DNA of 64,000 nucleotides, from assembly GCA_015680685.1 (NCBI GenBank), contig MNCI01002748.1, positions 129,854 through 193,853 of the forward strand. Reading direction: 5' to 3'. Both the position numbers and the translations under genes were made by a program. Below the pieces are notes generated by a model that saw only the letters and a program-made list of their open reading frames with translations, had not been told where the DNA came from and did no database searches. Shown here piece by piece: positions 53,301 to 64,000 of the stretch. Positions within the stretch are counted from its first letter, which is position 1. Every line of letters starts with the position of its first letter. The stretch is from Gnetum montanum (Eukaryota; Plantae; Gnetophyta).

Positions 53301-55313
53301 GAGGAGAAAAAGGTAGGGAAGCTAACACTTCCATTTCCTTTCCTTATCAGGAAGGTGTACAAGAGAGTTGACATCCTAGGGTACACTAATGACATCCTTA
53401 GGAAGGCTTAGAATGCTTCCTATGTAGAAATGCTCAAGCTGGTTCCTTTGAAGAAGGATCATGTGGAAAAACCAATAGGCACTAAGGAAATTATAGGTAC
53501 TACACTTACCAGTTAGTAACAATAGGTTGGGCCTAGTAATCAACAACAAACTAAGCAACAACAATAGAAAGAATAGCAATAACAAGTTCCACCACCACCA
53601 CCACAAGATTATAAGCCTTTAATGAGTCATGTGTAGAAAATTATAGAGACTATCAATTGGGGAACACCTGAAGAAGCCAACTTGTACAAAGTCATTGACA
53701 GTGTCATCCAACCCAGAGTTTCTACCAATCCTGCTAGTCAACAAATTTCATTGTAGTTAGTATAAGGGGGAGAATGATCACAACAAATTTCTAGGAACAT
53801 TGCATCATTCCAGGTGGTGCTCAAAACTAGAGAAGAAGTCAAAATCATGGTTATGTAGCATCAAGATGTAGTAGGAGTCATAGAAGTAATGATAGATCAC
53901 ATAAAATAATCATTTAATATTCTTGTTGTGATGCTAGGAGTTCTTTCTGGAGCTACAGATGCTCAAATGTTAGCTGGTACCATAATGAATCTTACTGATC
54001 ATGAGGATGTGCGTGACAAATTTCTACAAATGGGGAAAGTAATGCAAAATATTTTTGATATACTAAGTGATGTTAATATAGTACAATTAGAATTGATAGC
54101 CACCAAAGGAAATATGGTCATGGTAGAAACCAAAGTAGAGCATGTAGAAAATGAAGTTCACAAATTATAGGAAGATCTTACAACCCTGATAGTTGAAAGA
54201 AGAGATCCAACAAAATATGTTATGCCTAGCCAATTGCAGCAATTCAGATATGAGCATATTAATCTCCTGATTAATCATAACGAGAAGATGAAAAGAGAGA
54301 AAGAGAAGGTAGTATGGGATGCCTCAATAGCAGAAGCATAGACATATGCACATGCTAAAGCACTCACCATATTACAGAAATAGAATAAGTAAATCATTGT
54401 AGAAAATTCTAGGTTGACTACCATCGAGCACTAAAAGAATATCTTTGAGGAAAGAATTTAGAAACTTTGAGAGAAACTAGTACAAGTCAACTAAGACATG
54501 AGCCACCTAGCATGAGATAATGAAACCCTCTCAATGGAGGAGGTATGCACCATTTGACAAAAGTATGCCATTGAAATAAGCACATGGTAGAATGAAGCAA
54601 AGAGGAATGAAAGGCTCAAAGAATAGTTCCATGATCATGTGGGCATGTACAAGTAGATTAATGAAAAATAATTCCAAATGGATAAGGCCCAAATCAACTC
54701 AAAATTAGCATAGAATCTAGATTGGAAACCTATCTTGGATAGCTTAACTTATGTTCACCAAACGGAGATCAAGAACAAAGACCTGTAGATTGATAACTTA
54801 ATAGAATACATGGGGTTTGTAAACCTACAGTATGATAACTTAGCCGTGCTGACATTAGGCAAGTCCAAGAATAAACTTGAATAACAAGTAGTGGTCATGT
54901 ATGCATTATATGAAAAGGAATTTGCAGACAAAAAGAATGCCTTATAGAAGCTACATGTGGAAAAATTTGAATTAAAATTGGTCAAGGCTAGTTATCAAGG
55001 CCAAAAAGATGTTGTAGAAAACTTGACTAGATGAATTTTTGATTATCAAGAGTTACGCAAAGTGGTCAAAGCATTCAAAGAAGAATGGTGGTAGTTTGTG
55101 GAGTGGTATATCAAGGTGAACAAGATGTTCCTATAGCTACCATGTCCATGAGATGTACCAGCTCCATTTTACATTAATTAATCAACATGGATAGTACATG
55201 ATTCTTGAATGGAAGAGGAGAAGCTTTAGGTGTTGTTCAATAGATATCAATTCAAGAAGCTTGATGACAAGGAGAAGCAGCTAATGGAAGAGCCACCACC
55301 ACCAAAAACTTGA
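47382..55313 (+). pseudogene. Extra (env-like position) ORF of copy C, about 930 codons (47382-47529 + 52673-55313), split by copy D
   Basis: TTGCAG|ATGGCCCCAAAG start; homologous to 32705-30400; Q/P-rich middle and long heptad-rich C-terminus (ORF 53928-54170); many stops. Confidence 0.65.
47530..52672 (+). mobile_element. Athila-like element (copy D), internally deleted, nested in the extra ORF of copy C
   Basis: 5' LTR 47530-48543 (TGATG..CATCA); decayed PBS at 48545-48562; gag fragment MDNIPKF..HHLQAFHD..KLKFFPRT..SWY (49232-49543); extra partial LTR at 50111-50540; 3' LTR 52182-52672. Confidence 0.85.
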
Positions 55314-58300
55314 TCTACATCAAGCTGTTCCAAATTTTAATTTTTTTTTATCTTTTCATAAACTCATGTCAAATTTTGTAAAACATCATTGCGGTGTTCA
55401 ATTTCTTGTATATAGTCAATCAGCCTTGAATAGTTTAATATACCTCCTAATTTTGTAAGGGACTCTATCCTCATTTTTTTAAACTCAAGGATGAGTTTCT
55501 AGTCAGTCATGAGGGTATGATAAAGTTAATTTATGATTAGTAATGATATCACATCAACAATATCACAATAACAATGTTGTAATTATGATATCGTAGCACA
55601 TGTTATGTCATCATTGATATGATATCTCAGGATGTCTGTAGACTTATAAATATAACACTTGGATGCACAATCCACATAAGTTTCATTCCAAATAGTAACT
55701 AGACTCTTGTAGTTTTATTTCTCAAAGTTAGACTTAGCCACTAGAAGTGTGAATGCCCATAGTGTGGTATGACTTAGTGAATGAAATCTTTGTTTGAACA
55801 TTTTGTACTTGGACACAAGTGTGATTGGAAATAAAGATCAAGCTATTTCTCACCATTACATCATTCTCCTAGTTTACTATTTTTACATAGCATAATGTTT
55901 ATTGTATTCTTAGTTAATGTTTTACTTTTCCATGTACTTTAATTTTACTATTATTAGTGAGTGAAATGAGTATGACTGACCTTGAGTATGTAAGTGTAAT
56001 TTCTTGGTAAACCCAATAGTGTAACCCTTGCTAACCCAGTAGTGGTTACACAAAGCCCAAGGTGTGTACAAAAGATTAGGGATGGATGCTAATCACCATA
56101 GGCTAGGATAGATTTTACTTATTTCACTTAGATTTAGAAATCATTTTCATTTTCATCATGACTACTAGGAGTAATGATGGTCGAACAACATTTGATATCA
56201 TATATCTCATGGTGAGGTAAACCATACACATAGACTTCACTAGCTCCACGTGGAAAGATAATGGGCATGGACTTGAAAGATATGTCATTGACCATTATCA
56301 TTAGTCATGGACTTGACGTGGATGAGGTTAGGAGATATAAAGGAGCTTTGACTTATTGAAAGAAAAAATAACCAGCGAACCAATGCTTGCAATACCATAT
56401 TTTGATAAGCTTTTTCAAGTGGAGGTAGATGCAAGTGGACATGCCATTAGAGAGGTACTTTCACAAGAAGGAATACTTGTTGCTTTCTTTTAGAAAAAAT
56501 GAATAAGTTAAGGGAGAAATATAACATGTATGAGAAAGAATTGTATGTTATTCTTTAAGCAACCAAGCATTAAAGGCATTATTCGTTGCCTAAGGAGTTC
56601 ACTTTGATGACTAACAACAAAGTACTTTAATTTCCTAATTTACAAAAGAACTTCAATGCTAAACATATGAAGTAAGTGGCACATTTATTGTACTTCAATT
56701 TTGTGCTCAAGAAAAAGAGTGAAAAAGCCAATGCGATGGTGCATGCATTGTCTAGGATACATATGGTGGATTTTAGCATACCTCATGGGGATGATATTTG
56801 TGATTTTATTGATTTATATGAACATTTTTAGAAATTTGGTAGGTTTAGTGAAGTCTAAAAGAATCATTATTGAGTAGGATAGACCAATGAAGGATCTATC
56901 ATATTCAAGATAAATTATTATTTAAGAATAAGAATGTTTGTATTCCTAATGGTGATTTTAGAAAAATGAATTCTGTTGGCAAACATTGTGGTGGAATGGC
57001 AAATCACATGGGTAGAGATAAGACATTGAAGCTTGTGGGCAGGTACTATTTTTAGCCTAAAATGATCTCTAAGTCTCCAAATTTGTGAAGGAGTATTTGA
57101 TATGTTAAAAATTCAAGAGAGGTAAAGGAGTGGCTCAACATTATATGCCTTTACCAATCCCCAAGGATCCTTGAGAAATTATGTAAATGGACTTTGTGAG
57201 CGGGATTCTAAAGACCAACATTGGACATGATGCTATCTTTATAATAGTAGATAGATTCTCCAAGATGGTACACTTTATTCCATGTAAAAGGTGATTGATG
57301 CATCTCATGTTATAAAATTATTTATCCATTATGTTGTGAAGTTGCATGGGATTTCTTTGAATATTATTAATGATAGAGATTTCAAATTCACTAGTCATTT
57401 TTGGAAAGAGTTGAATTTTTCTAATGTATATCATCCATAGTCTCATGGCCAAACTAAAATGATAAGTAAATCTTTGCTAAACATTTTGAGACATTTGTAT
57501 GAAGGACAACCCAATATGTAGAAAAATTTATTGTGTCATGCTAAATTTTCCTACAATAATGTCTTTCATGTTACTATTAGGAATAGTCCATTTGAGGTTA
57601 ACTATGGATTTTGTCCAAAGATGGTGGACAATGTTAAGAGGTTTGATGGACAAGCTTATGTGAGTGTAGATTTCATGAGTCTTCATGCTCAAGTAAAGGC
57701 AAACCTTGAGAAGAAGGCCAAAGAAAGAATCCTTAAAAGGAAGCTAATGGGATGTGATATCGCATGGGCCGCGATATCACATATGTGATATCACAGCCTA
57801 TCGCTAGTTCTATAAATAAGTGGCAACTCTTCCTTGTTTCTCCATCTATATCTAGACCTTAGCCAAACTCTTGCCAGTTTTCCATTCTGGAGTTAGAATA
57901 ATTTCCATGTACCCATAGTAGGAGTCCCAAAGTGAATGGATCTTTATTCGAGCAATTCTATACCTGAGCACACAATTGTGTACGACAATAAAGATGAACT
58001 TTTGGATAAACCTTGCAGCATATGGACTAAGCTAAATAGGAATTTAATTATTGTTAAATGTTTAAATACTTTCTTAAGGACTTAATCTCTCTCAACCCTC
58101 AACCTTCATAGTTAAGTGCATTCAGTACGACTGCTTTGAGCACGTTTGTTATGCTTGGTAATCCCAGTAGCGTTGCATTAGTTTAGGGTGTGAATGGCAA
58201 GTGGGAATGAATACTAATGCTAGGATAGTTAAATCTTAGTTAGCAAAGGTTAGTTACTTAGTCTCTTCACCCTTTTCCCTCTTAGCATAGGTGATAAAAA

Positions 58301-58649
58301 GATAAAAGACATAAAAATCATATACCTCAAGTTCACTTAATCATACAACCATGAAAAATACAAGTGAGATTGGGAAGACAGCAACTGATTAACCTTAAGT
58401 GTTCCATGAGGCGCGTAAGCACTTAGTCCTTGGAGTTCGACCAGATCACGTGTGTTATGCTCATATTCATATGGTTGAGTGTAGGGCTACCTCACCACTC
58501 ATCATTGGTGCCATTGCTAAGGACTTAGTTGTTTGTGCACTAAGTTGAACATAGGAAATCATCCACATCGCTGGGAGCTAGAACGAACCCTTAGGGTTAG
58601 TCAGAAGAAAAATTAAACAACAGTCAATAGCACACCTAGTAAGACAACA

Positions 58650-61600
58650 ATGTCTTCTGCTTCTCACAAAAGCACTTCACCACCTAGGGATCACACTAGA
58701 GACAATTGGCGACACAACATACATAACCAAGAACCATTAGTTCCTCAAAAGTATTGGGTAGTGTATACTCATCACGATGAGTATATACCCGATTTTACCT
58801 TTATCCTTCATCAGGATGAACAACTGCATTGGTGAGACTTGCAAGGTAACATAGTGTTACCCCTAGATCGTTTAGTCCCTAACATGCTCCTTTGTGCTCT
58901 TGCACAGATAGGCATGATGTAGCTATACAATGAATACGTTGCAAGTGATTACGACACAAGGGATTACCATCCCACAGTGGAGCAATGTTTAAGGGACTCA
59001 TGGCTAGAGAGCTACCATACATCATTGAAGGGTAAAGGGCCCCACAACATCTTGCACATCCTAAGAAAAATTGGAGATGATGAACCAGTTATAATAGGTT
59101 CTTCATTAAATGATGTTTTCCCTCCTAATGATGGTAAGGAGGTGGGGTATTAGAACCTACACTCCACGATTCACAACCTAGGTTTTGATCCCCATGAACA
59201 CCAAGTGTTCAATGAGGGAACACAAACACATGATAAGGGCAGGCAGTCTGATCGTCATCACGATCAAGGCCATAGCCACCGAAGAGAAGGTAAGAAACAT
59301 CGTCATGGTGATGGTTCCCATTCTTCTTCACCTTCATCGCATCATTCACCCTCTCCTTCCACATCAGGATGTAGTTACAAAGAGCATAATCATGAGGATA
59401 AGGGTAAGCATAATGAGAACCCTTGATGAGAGAGTCGAGAGTGAGGATGAGGGCATTCTAGAGAGTTAAGGCATAGAAGGGAAAGTAGGGAACAACGTAG
59501 ATATCATAGATGCCATGAGAGAAATGACAACAAAGAACCCCTACTAGCAACCTGGAGTATGTTAGACATTACGGAGGCTGTGAGAATACCTACAAGGCAC
59601 CAGAAAGATAGCCAGATCAAGAGACTAGACATGAATAATATCCCACAATTCGAGGGGGGATACAACGTTGATCTGCAAAACCACTTACAGGCATTTCACG
59701 ATGCCTGTGCCTTGCAGAATATCAAGAATGAGTGGCAAAAGTTAAATTTGTTCCCAAGGACACTGATAAAGGAAGTGGAAAGTTGGTACCAGTCCTTAGA
59801 GCTGGAATCCATTCGTAGGTGGAGTACAATGCTAGAATTTTTTAACGATAAATATCAGACGTACTCCTAAGTGTCCAACTTGCGTAAGCATATCCAAGGA
59901 TGGAAACAGGGTAATCATGAACCCTTAGATGCTACCATGGGCCGATATTATGCATTATTACAACATTGCCTAGGCCATGGCTATGCACAATAGGATCAAC
60001 TCTGCCACCTCGTAGATGGGCTAAGACACGAAACTAGGAGAACCCTTGGAACATATGCCCAAGGGAGATTATCTGACCTTAGGTCCCATGAAGTTCATAG
60101 ATTTTTGGAGTAAGTAGCTAAGGAAGAAGGCGAGTTACAGAAAAGAGAAAGCATGGAAGAGTAACTGCGATCCTTCCCTCCAAAAGAGGGGAGTAAGATT
60201 TTTTGAGGAAGAGGATGAGTCATCACTTGAAGAGTTGGTGAATAGAAAAACCTTGCTGTTTCAAAAGTTGACAACCAAAGTGTTGGCTAAGGTAGATCAA
60301 ATGTGGGACTCCTTAGACAGTAGATTTGAAACTATTTTAAAAATCATAGAGGAGTCTAAGGAGCAAGGTAGTGACCATGATAAGAAAAAGAGGAGAGATT
60401 CAGACCATGCACGTAACAAGGGTAAGGAAAAAATGACTATCACTGATGAGGTTATGGATTCCAATACGGATGATGAAGGTGGATGTGAAATATGCCAGTA
60501 TGACCGTCCTAAGGGATGTTGCCCAATAATCTCACATCTGCAAGAGTCTGGGGTGTATGCACTTAACCCAAGACTTAACAAATGGCAAGAACCCAGAAGG
60601 TTACCTTATCCCCAAGGTAACCCAAGGTAGTTCCACCAACCCTTAATGTATTATCCATGTGGAACTCCACCACAACCTATCTAGCAACACCAGCAGTGGT
60701 AATACCCACAGTCATGGGGGATACCACCACCTAGACAACAATACCCTTACTAGCAACCAGATGCATATGGCTATTACATGCAGCAGTTGGTTTCTCCAAG
60801 TGACTCTATCAGTCACATGACCCCACAATGGCACTACCAGGTTTGGGAGTTTTTTAAGACTCCTTCTCCTAGGAGAGACACTCCACATGCATACCATCCA
60901 CCAATAGTTCCACTATGACTCACTCCAATGATGCAAGGGGAACTCCCCACTCAACTGTAGCAACATAATGCTACAAGAGTTGTAAACCTTCAACCCACTG
61001 CTGGTTCTAACAATTGTACAAAGAGAAGACCTTTCTTTAGAATCAACAGTCCAAAAAAGCTCTCACAGCCACAAGTAGTTGAGTCTATGACCACTCCTCC
61101 ATCAAGTAAGGCTTTGGAGCTCCCTTCAAACCAACAATAGAGCTCAACGCATATGGTTATGTTAACACATACTGTCATTGACTGGATAAAAGTGGGCCAC
61201 CCTCCCAGGAAACTCTCTGACCCTGGAAGTACCTTAATCTACCTCCAAGTTGCTGGGAATGAACCTCGTAAAGCTCTGCTAGACTTAGGTTCCGGAGTCA
61301 ACTTAATATCACGAGAAATGTATAAAGCCTAGAACCTGCCTCCACTAAAGAAGAGCAATATTCAATTAGAGCTGGCTGACCAGTCCATCATTGTCCCCTT
61401 GGGACTTGTGGAGGACATTATTACCACTGTGTGTGGTTGGTCATACCCAGTTGATTTCCTAGTGATAGAAGTTAATAATAACATAGGGGACTTCCCAATT
61501 ATAATGGGGAGGGTATGGCTAAGTACCATAAATGCATGCCTAGGAATTCGTGATATTTCCCTGGAAATATCTAAGGAAAAATATTATGGAAAGATTGAGA

Positions 61601-61707
61601 AGAAGAAAGTTCCATGCATTAGATATGGTGATATAGAGGGTGATGACATACAGGAATGTTCAACACTTCCTGGATGCAACCGGTGTGCTCAAGAAACCAA
61701 CATATAA
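58650..61707 (+). pseudogene. gag: Disrupted gag-protease of copy E
   Basis: gag core IPQFEGG..QNHLQAFHDAC..KLNLFPRTLIKEVESWYQSL..RWSTMLEFFNDKY (59559-59870); Athila-type protease ALLDLGSGVNLI (about 61273), LELADQS, YPVDFLVI, PIIMGRVWLST. Confidence 0.88.
61115..61135 (+). promoter_or_regulatory. miR159/319-complementary site in the retroelement sense strand
   Basis: TGGAGCTCCCTTCAAACCAAC against miR159 UUUGGAUUGAAGGGAGCUCUA: mismatches at miRNA positions 1 and 6, G:U at 20, positions 7-19 perfectly paired. Confidence 0.55.
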
Positions 61708-64000
61708 AAGTGCTTGTAAGTAGCAACCATACAACAAAGAAACACCCAATGGTTGATAGCTGATCTAGAGAGCAACTTGCCAACATGCATGGAACTAACT
61801 GGGGGAACAACTTGCAACCACAACGAAAGCATAGATACATTGGAGTATGAGCATTGCCAACTTCCAACCCTTAATCTAAAAACATCAATTGGGAGAAGTT
61901 GGACACTTCTAAAAAATCCAAATAAGCGCTCATTATTTTGAATCTCTCCCTTTCAATTCAATCATGGGGGAGATGGCCACCTATGCTGATCAACCAAGGC
62001 CCTCAGTTTCTTTTTAAGTTTTTGTTTTACACATTTTTTTTACAAAATTCTTTAACTTTTCTTATTTTTTTGTTTCACAACATCATTCATACTTTTTATT
62101 TTAGTTGTGTATGTGTGTGTTTTATCCATTTTGTTAAGTTTGTCACCCAATAAGCGCTCCTAATGATGGTATGAACTGTATTCTATTGGTTGCTAATGTT
62201 TGGTTTTTACCTTTAAGTTATGATGTTGATACTAAGGTATTGTTCTTGTGATATAGTAGGCAATGAGTCCACATCATCCACGCATCCATAAATTTCTATG
62301 GTCTCTCTTGGCCTGGAACTGTACAGTCCCTTTCTCAATAATAAGAACTATCAACGAATCGGTGACTGGGCATTTCTCAAACTAAGGGAGGACTCAAGGA
62401 TTGAAAAGGGTATCACTTTAAGGGAATTTGATGCATTTGTGTGGGCCATTCTCTTGGGTGCTTGGATGTTTTCTTCTTGAGTTTTCTTACTATTCTGACA
62501 TTGCAAAATTATCAGGTAGCTAAGCAAATAAAAATAACAAGTCTTTGCATGGTGTAGTTCTCATGCAAAAACACAGAAAAAAATTGGTGAGAATTCAAAA
62601 CACACCCCTTAGATGAAATAATCATATGGGCTACAAGCATTGGTTATGGAACTAAAAAAAAAAGTATTCCCTCTAACTAAGGCCCTTATCACTCCCTACC
62701 TTCTCCTCTTTTGTTTCGTTGGAATTGTGGTGACTCTGTGGTGAAGGCATTCTTGTTACTTCAAGTGGGTGGATGAGCCAAATGTATTAATGCGAAGTCA
62801 CTAGATGTGGTTTGTTTGAGGTTGGATTTGGAATGAGGTCTACTAAGTCACATTAATCATTAAATACACAAGGGGCTATACATCACCTTGTTCTTGAGAT
62901 TCCATTCCACTCTCTTCTTTTCATCCTTCTTTCTCCATTTATCACCTCATTGTTGGTTGTATCAGTAGTTTATATTTTTTCGATGCATTGTTTTCTTTTT
63001 GGTAAACTCTTGTGAGTAAGAATTTAACTCTTGTTTCCAAATGACATTTCTAGAGCCTACGAACTCTTTGAATGTGGGATTGTCAGGGCATTAATGGCAT
63101 GAGCCTACTTTGGGGAGGACCCACTGGCATTCCTATTTGGTGCATTAGTTAATTTCTTTCCTTTAAAATTTTTTGTGATAAGTTTCTATTGTGTTCAATT
63201 CCATCTCTAACATCCATTTCATTGGTGTTACAATTGTTTCTTTTTCTCCATCTTTCTTGTTCCTATTCTTTTTTCCCATTCTCTTGCTACTGGAGGTTTG
63301 CTCTCATTCATGGGGGTCTTGGTCCAATTTATTCAGTTTTCCCTAAACCCCTACACCTCAGGTGAGCACCAATATTACATCTTTAGATTTGTATCAGCCA
63401 GAGCACAACTCAGCCAATGGACCTTACACTGAAGTAAGGTATCAATTGCATTATGATTCGTTTATCCTTGTTAATATCAGACTATGTTGTGTGTGTAGAT
63501 GACAATCATGCAACAATGGATTGGATCTGGAGGAAACACTGGGAATGGATCCATGCTAAAGCAGTTATGCAAAGAACGAGATTGAAAGTGCACTTATGGA
63601 TGAACAATGAAAGACGCAATCTTGGTGTTGGTAGCAACAGACTTCTTCTTTTCTCTCTCTCTTCTTTCTTCACTCTCAGCTGCCAAATAAGGCTGGATGT
63701 CAATTTTGTATAGTGTTCACTCTTGTTGTCATGAACACTAATTTTGTCATGTATTGTAATGATGATCCGTTCACTTGTCACCTTATTCACCATTAGTTCC
63801 ATTCAAGTCGATAACCCACACCTTTCCAATATTTTGTAAGGAACTTGAGGATGATTTTTTATTTAGTCATGGGGGTATGATGGGACACGATATCACATGG
63901 GCCACGATATCACATGGGCCACGATATCACGTACGCGATATCGTGTCCGAAGCTACGATATTGCGTACACGATATCGTAGCCTGTCGTCAGTTCTATAAA

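Larger units (their letters stand above)
40928..56275 (+). mobile_element. Athila-like pol-less element (copy C) inserted in the chromovirus RT
   Basis: 5' LTR 40928-41809 (TGATAA..TTATCA); PBS TGGCACCGTTATTGGGGA at 41811-41828 (Athila-type tRNA-Asp PBS); gag at about 42000-44560; PPT then 3' LTR from 55518 matching the 5' LTR, truncated at about 56275. Confidence 0.88.
38090..57744 (+). mobile_element. Chromovirus element copy B (gag 38090-38600, inverted block about 39160-40325, RT start to 40927, RNaseH-IN 56325-57744), split by nested insertions
   Basis: Colinear with copy A at 8050-11225 and 11790-13250; RT ISPCIVPLVLMPKR..WRIYIDSR (ORF 40718-40930); integrase [13 protein letters not shown] at about 57245-57290. 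Confidence 0.8.
57745..64000 (+). mobile_element. Athila-like pol-less element (copy E, best preserved) inserted in the chromovirus integrase; 3' LTR runs off the window
   Basis: 5' LTR 57745-58504 ending CATCA; PBS TGGTGCCATTGCTAAGGA at 58506-58523; internal purine tract at about 61965; PPT GGGGGTA at 63871-63877; 3' LTR TGATGGG from 63878. Confidence 0.88.

Noticed and set aside
59185-59469. His/Arg-rich small ORFs (also at 34953-35390 and 42560-42840) as independent genes
   Set aside because: Low-complexity segment of the Athila-like gag N-terminal region, present in each copy

Overview
Repeat-dominated window from a large land-plant genome. It is strongly CpG-depleted, and the species cannot be named from sequence alone. 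No intact protein-coding host gene is supportable. Most of the window is nested, decayed retroelements: (1) a Tat/Ogre-like gag+protease-only element (1-7308); (2) two copies of a chromovirus Gypsy element that share the same internal inverted LTR+chromodomain block (about 8020-14500 and 38090-57744); (3) a 5'-truncated L1 LINE with a 22-bp TSD spanning an assembly gap; (4) a Copia relic; (5) a Sirevirus-like Copia (22578-38060); (6) four copies of a pol-less Athila-like family (29663-36440, 40928-56275, 47530-52672, 57745->64000); and (7) solo LTRs. The one non-TE island (about 19.7-21.9 kb) retains CpGs and has a G-box/TATA promoter, a long fold-back hairpin (19968-20295) and downstream spliceable introns. 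This is the architecture of a MIRNA gene I do not recognise. Its 5' arm is complementary to a receptor-like-kinase-type LEIxxGRRP coding motif. The Athila-like family also carries a near-perfect miR159 site at the gag-protease junction. All alignments were done by eye, so boundaries of decayed elements are approximate.
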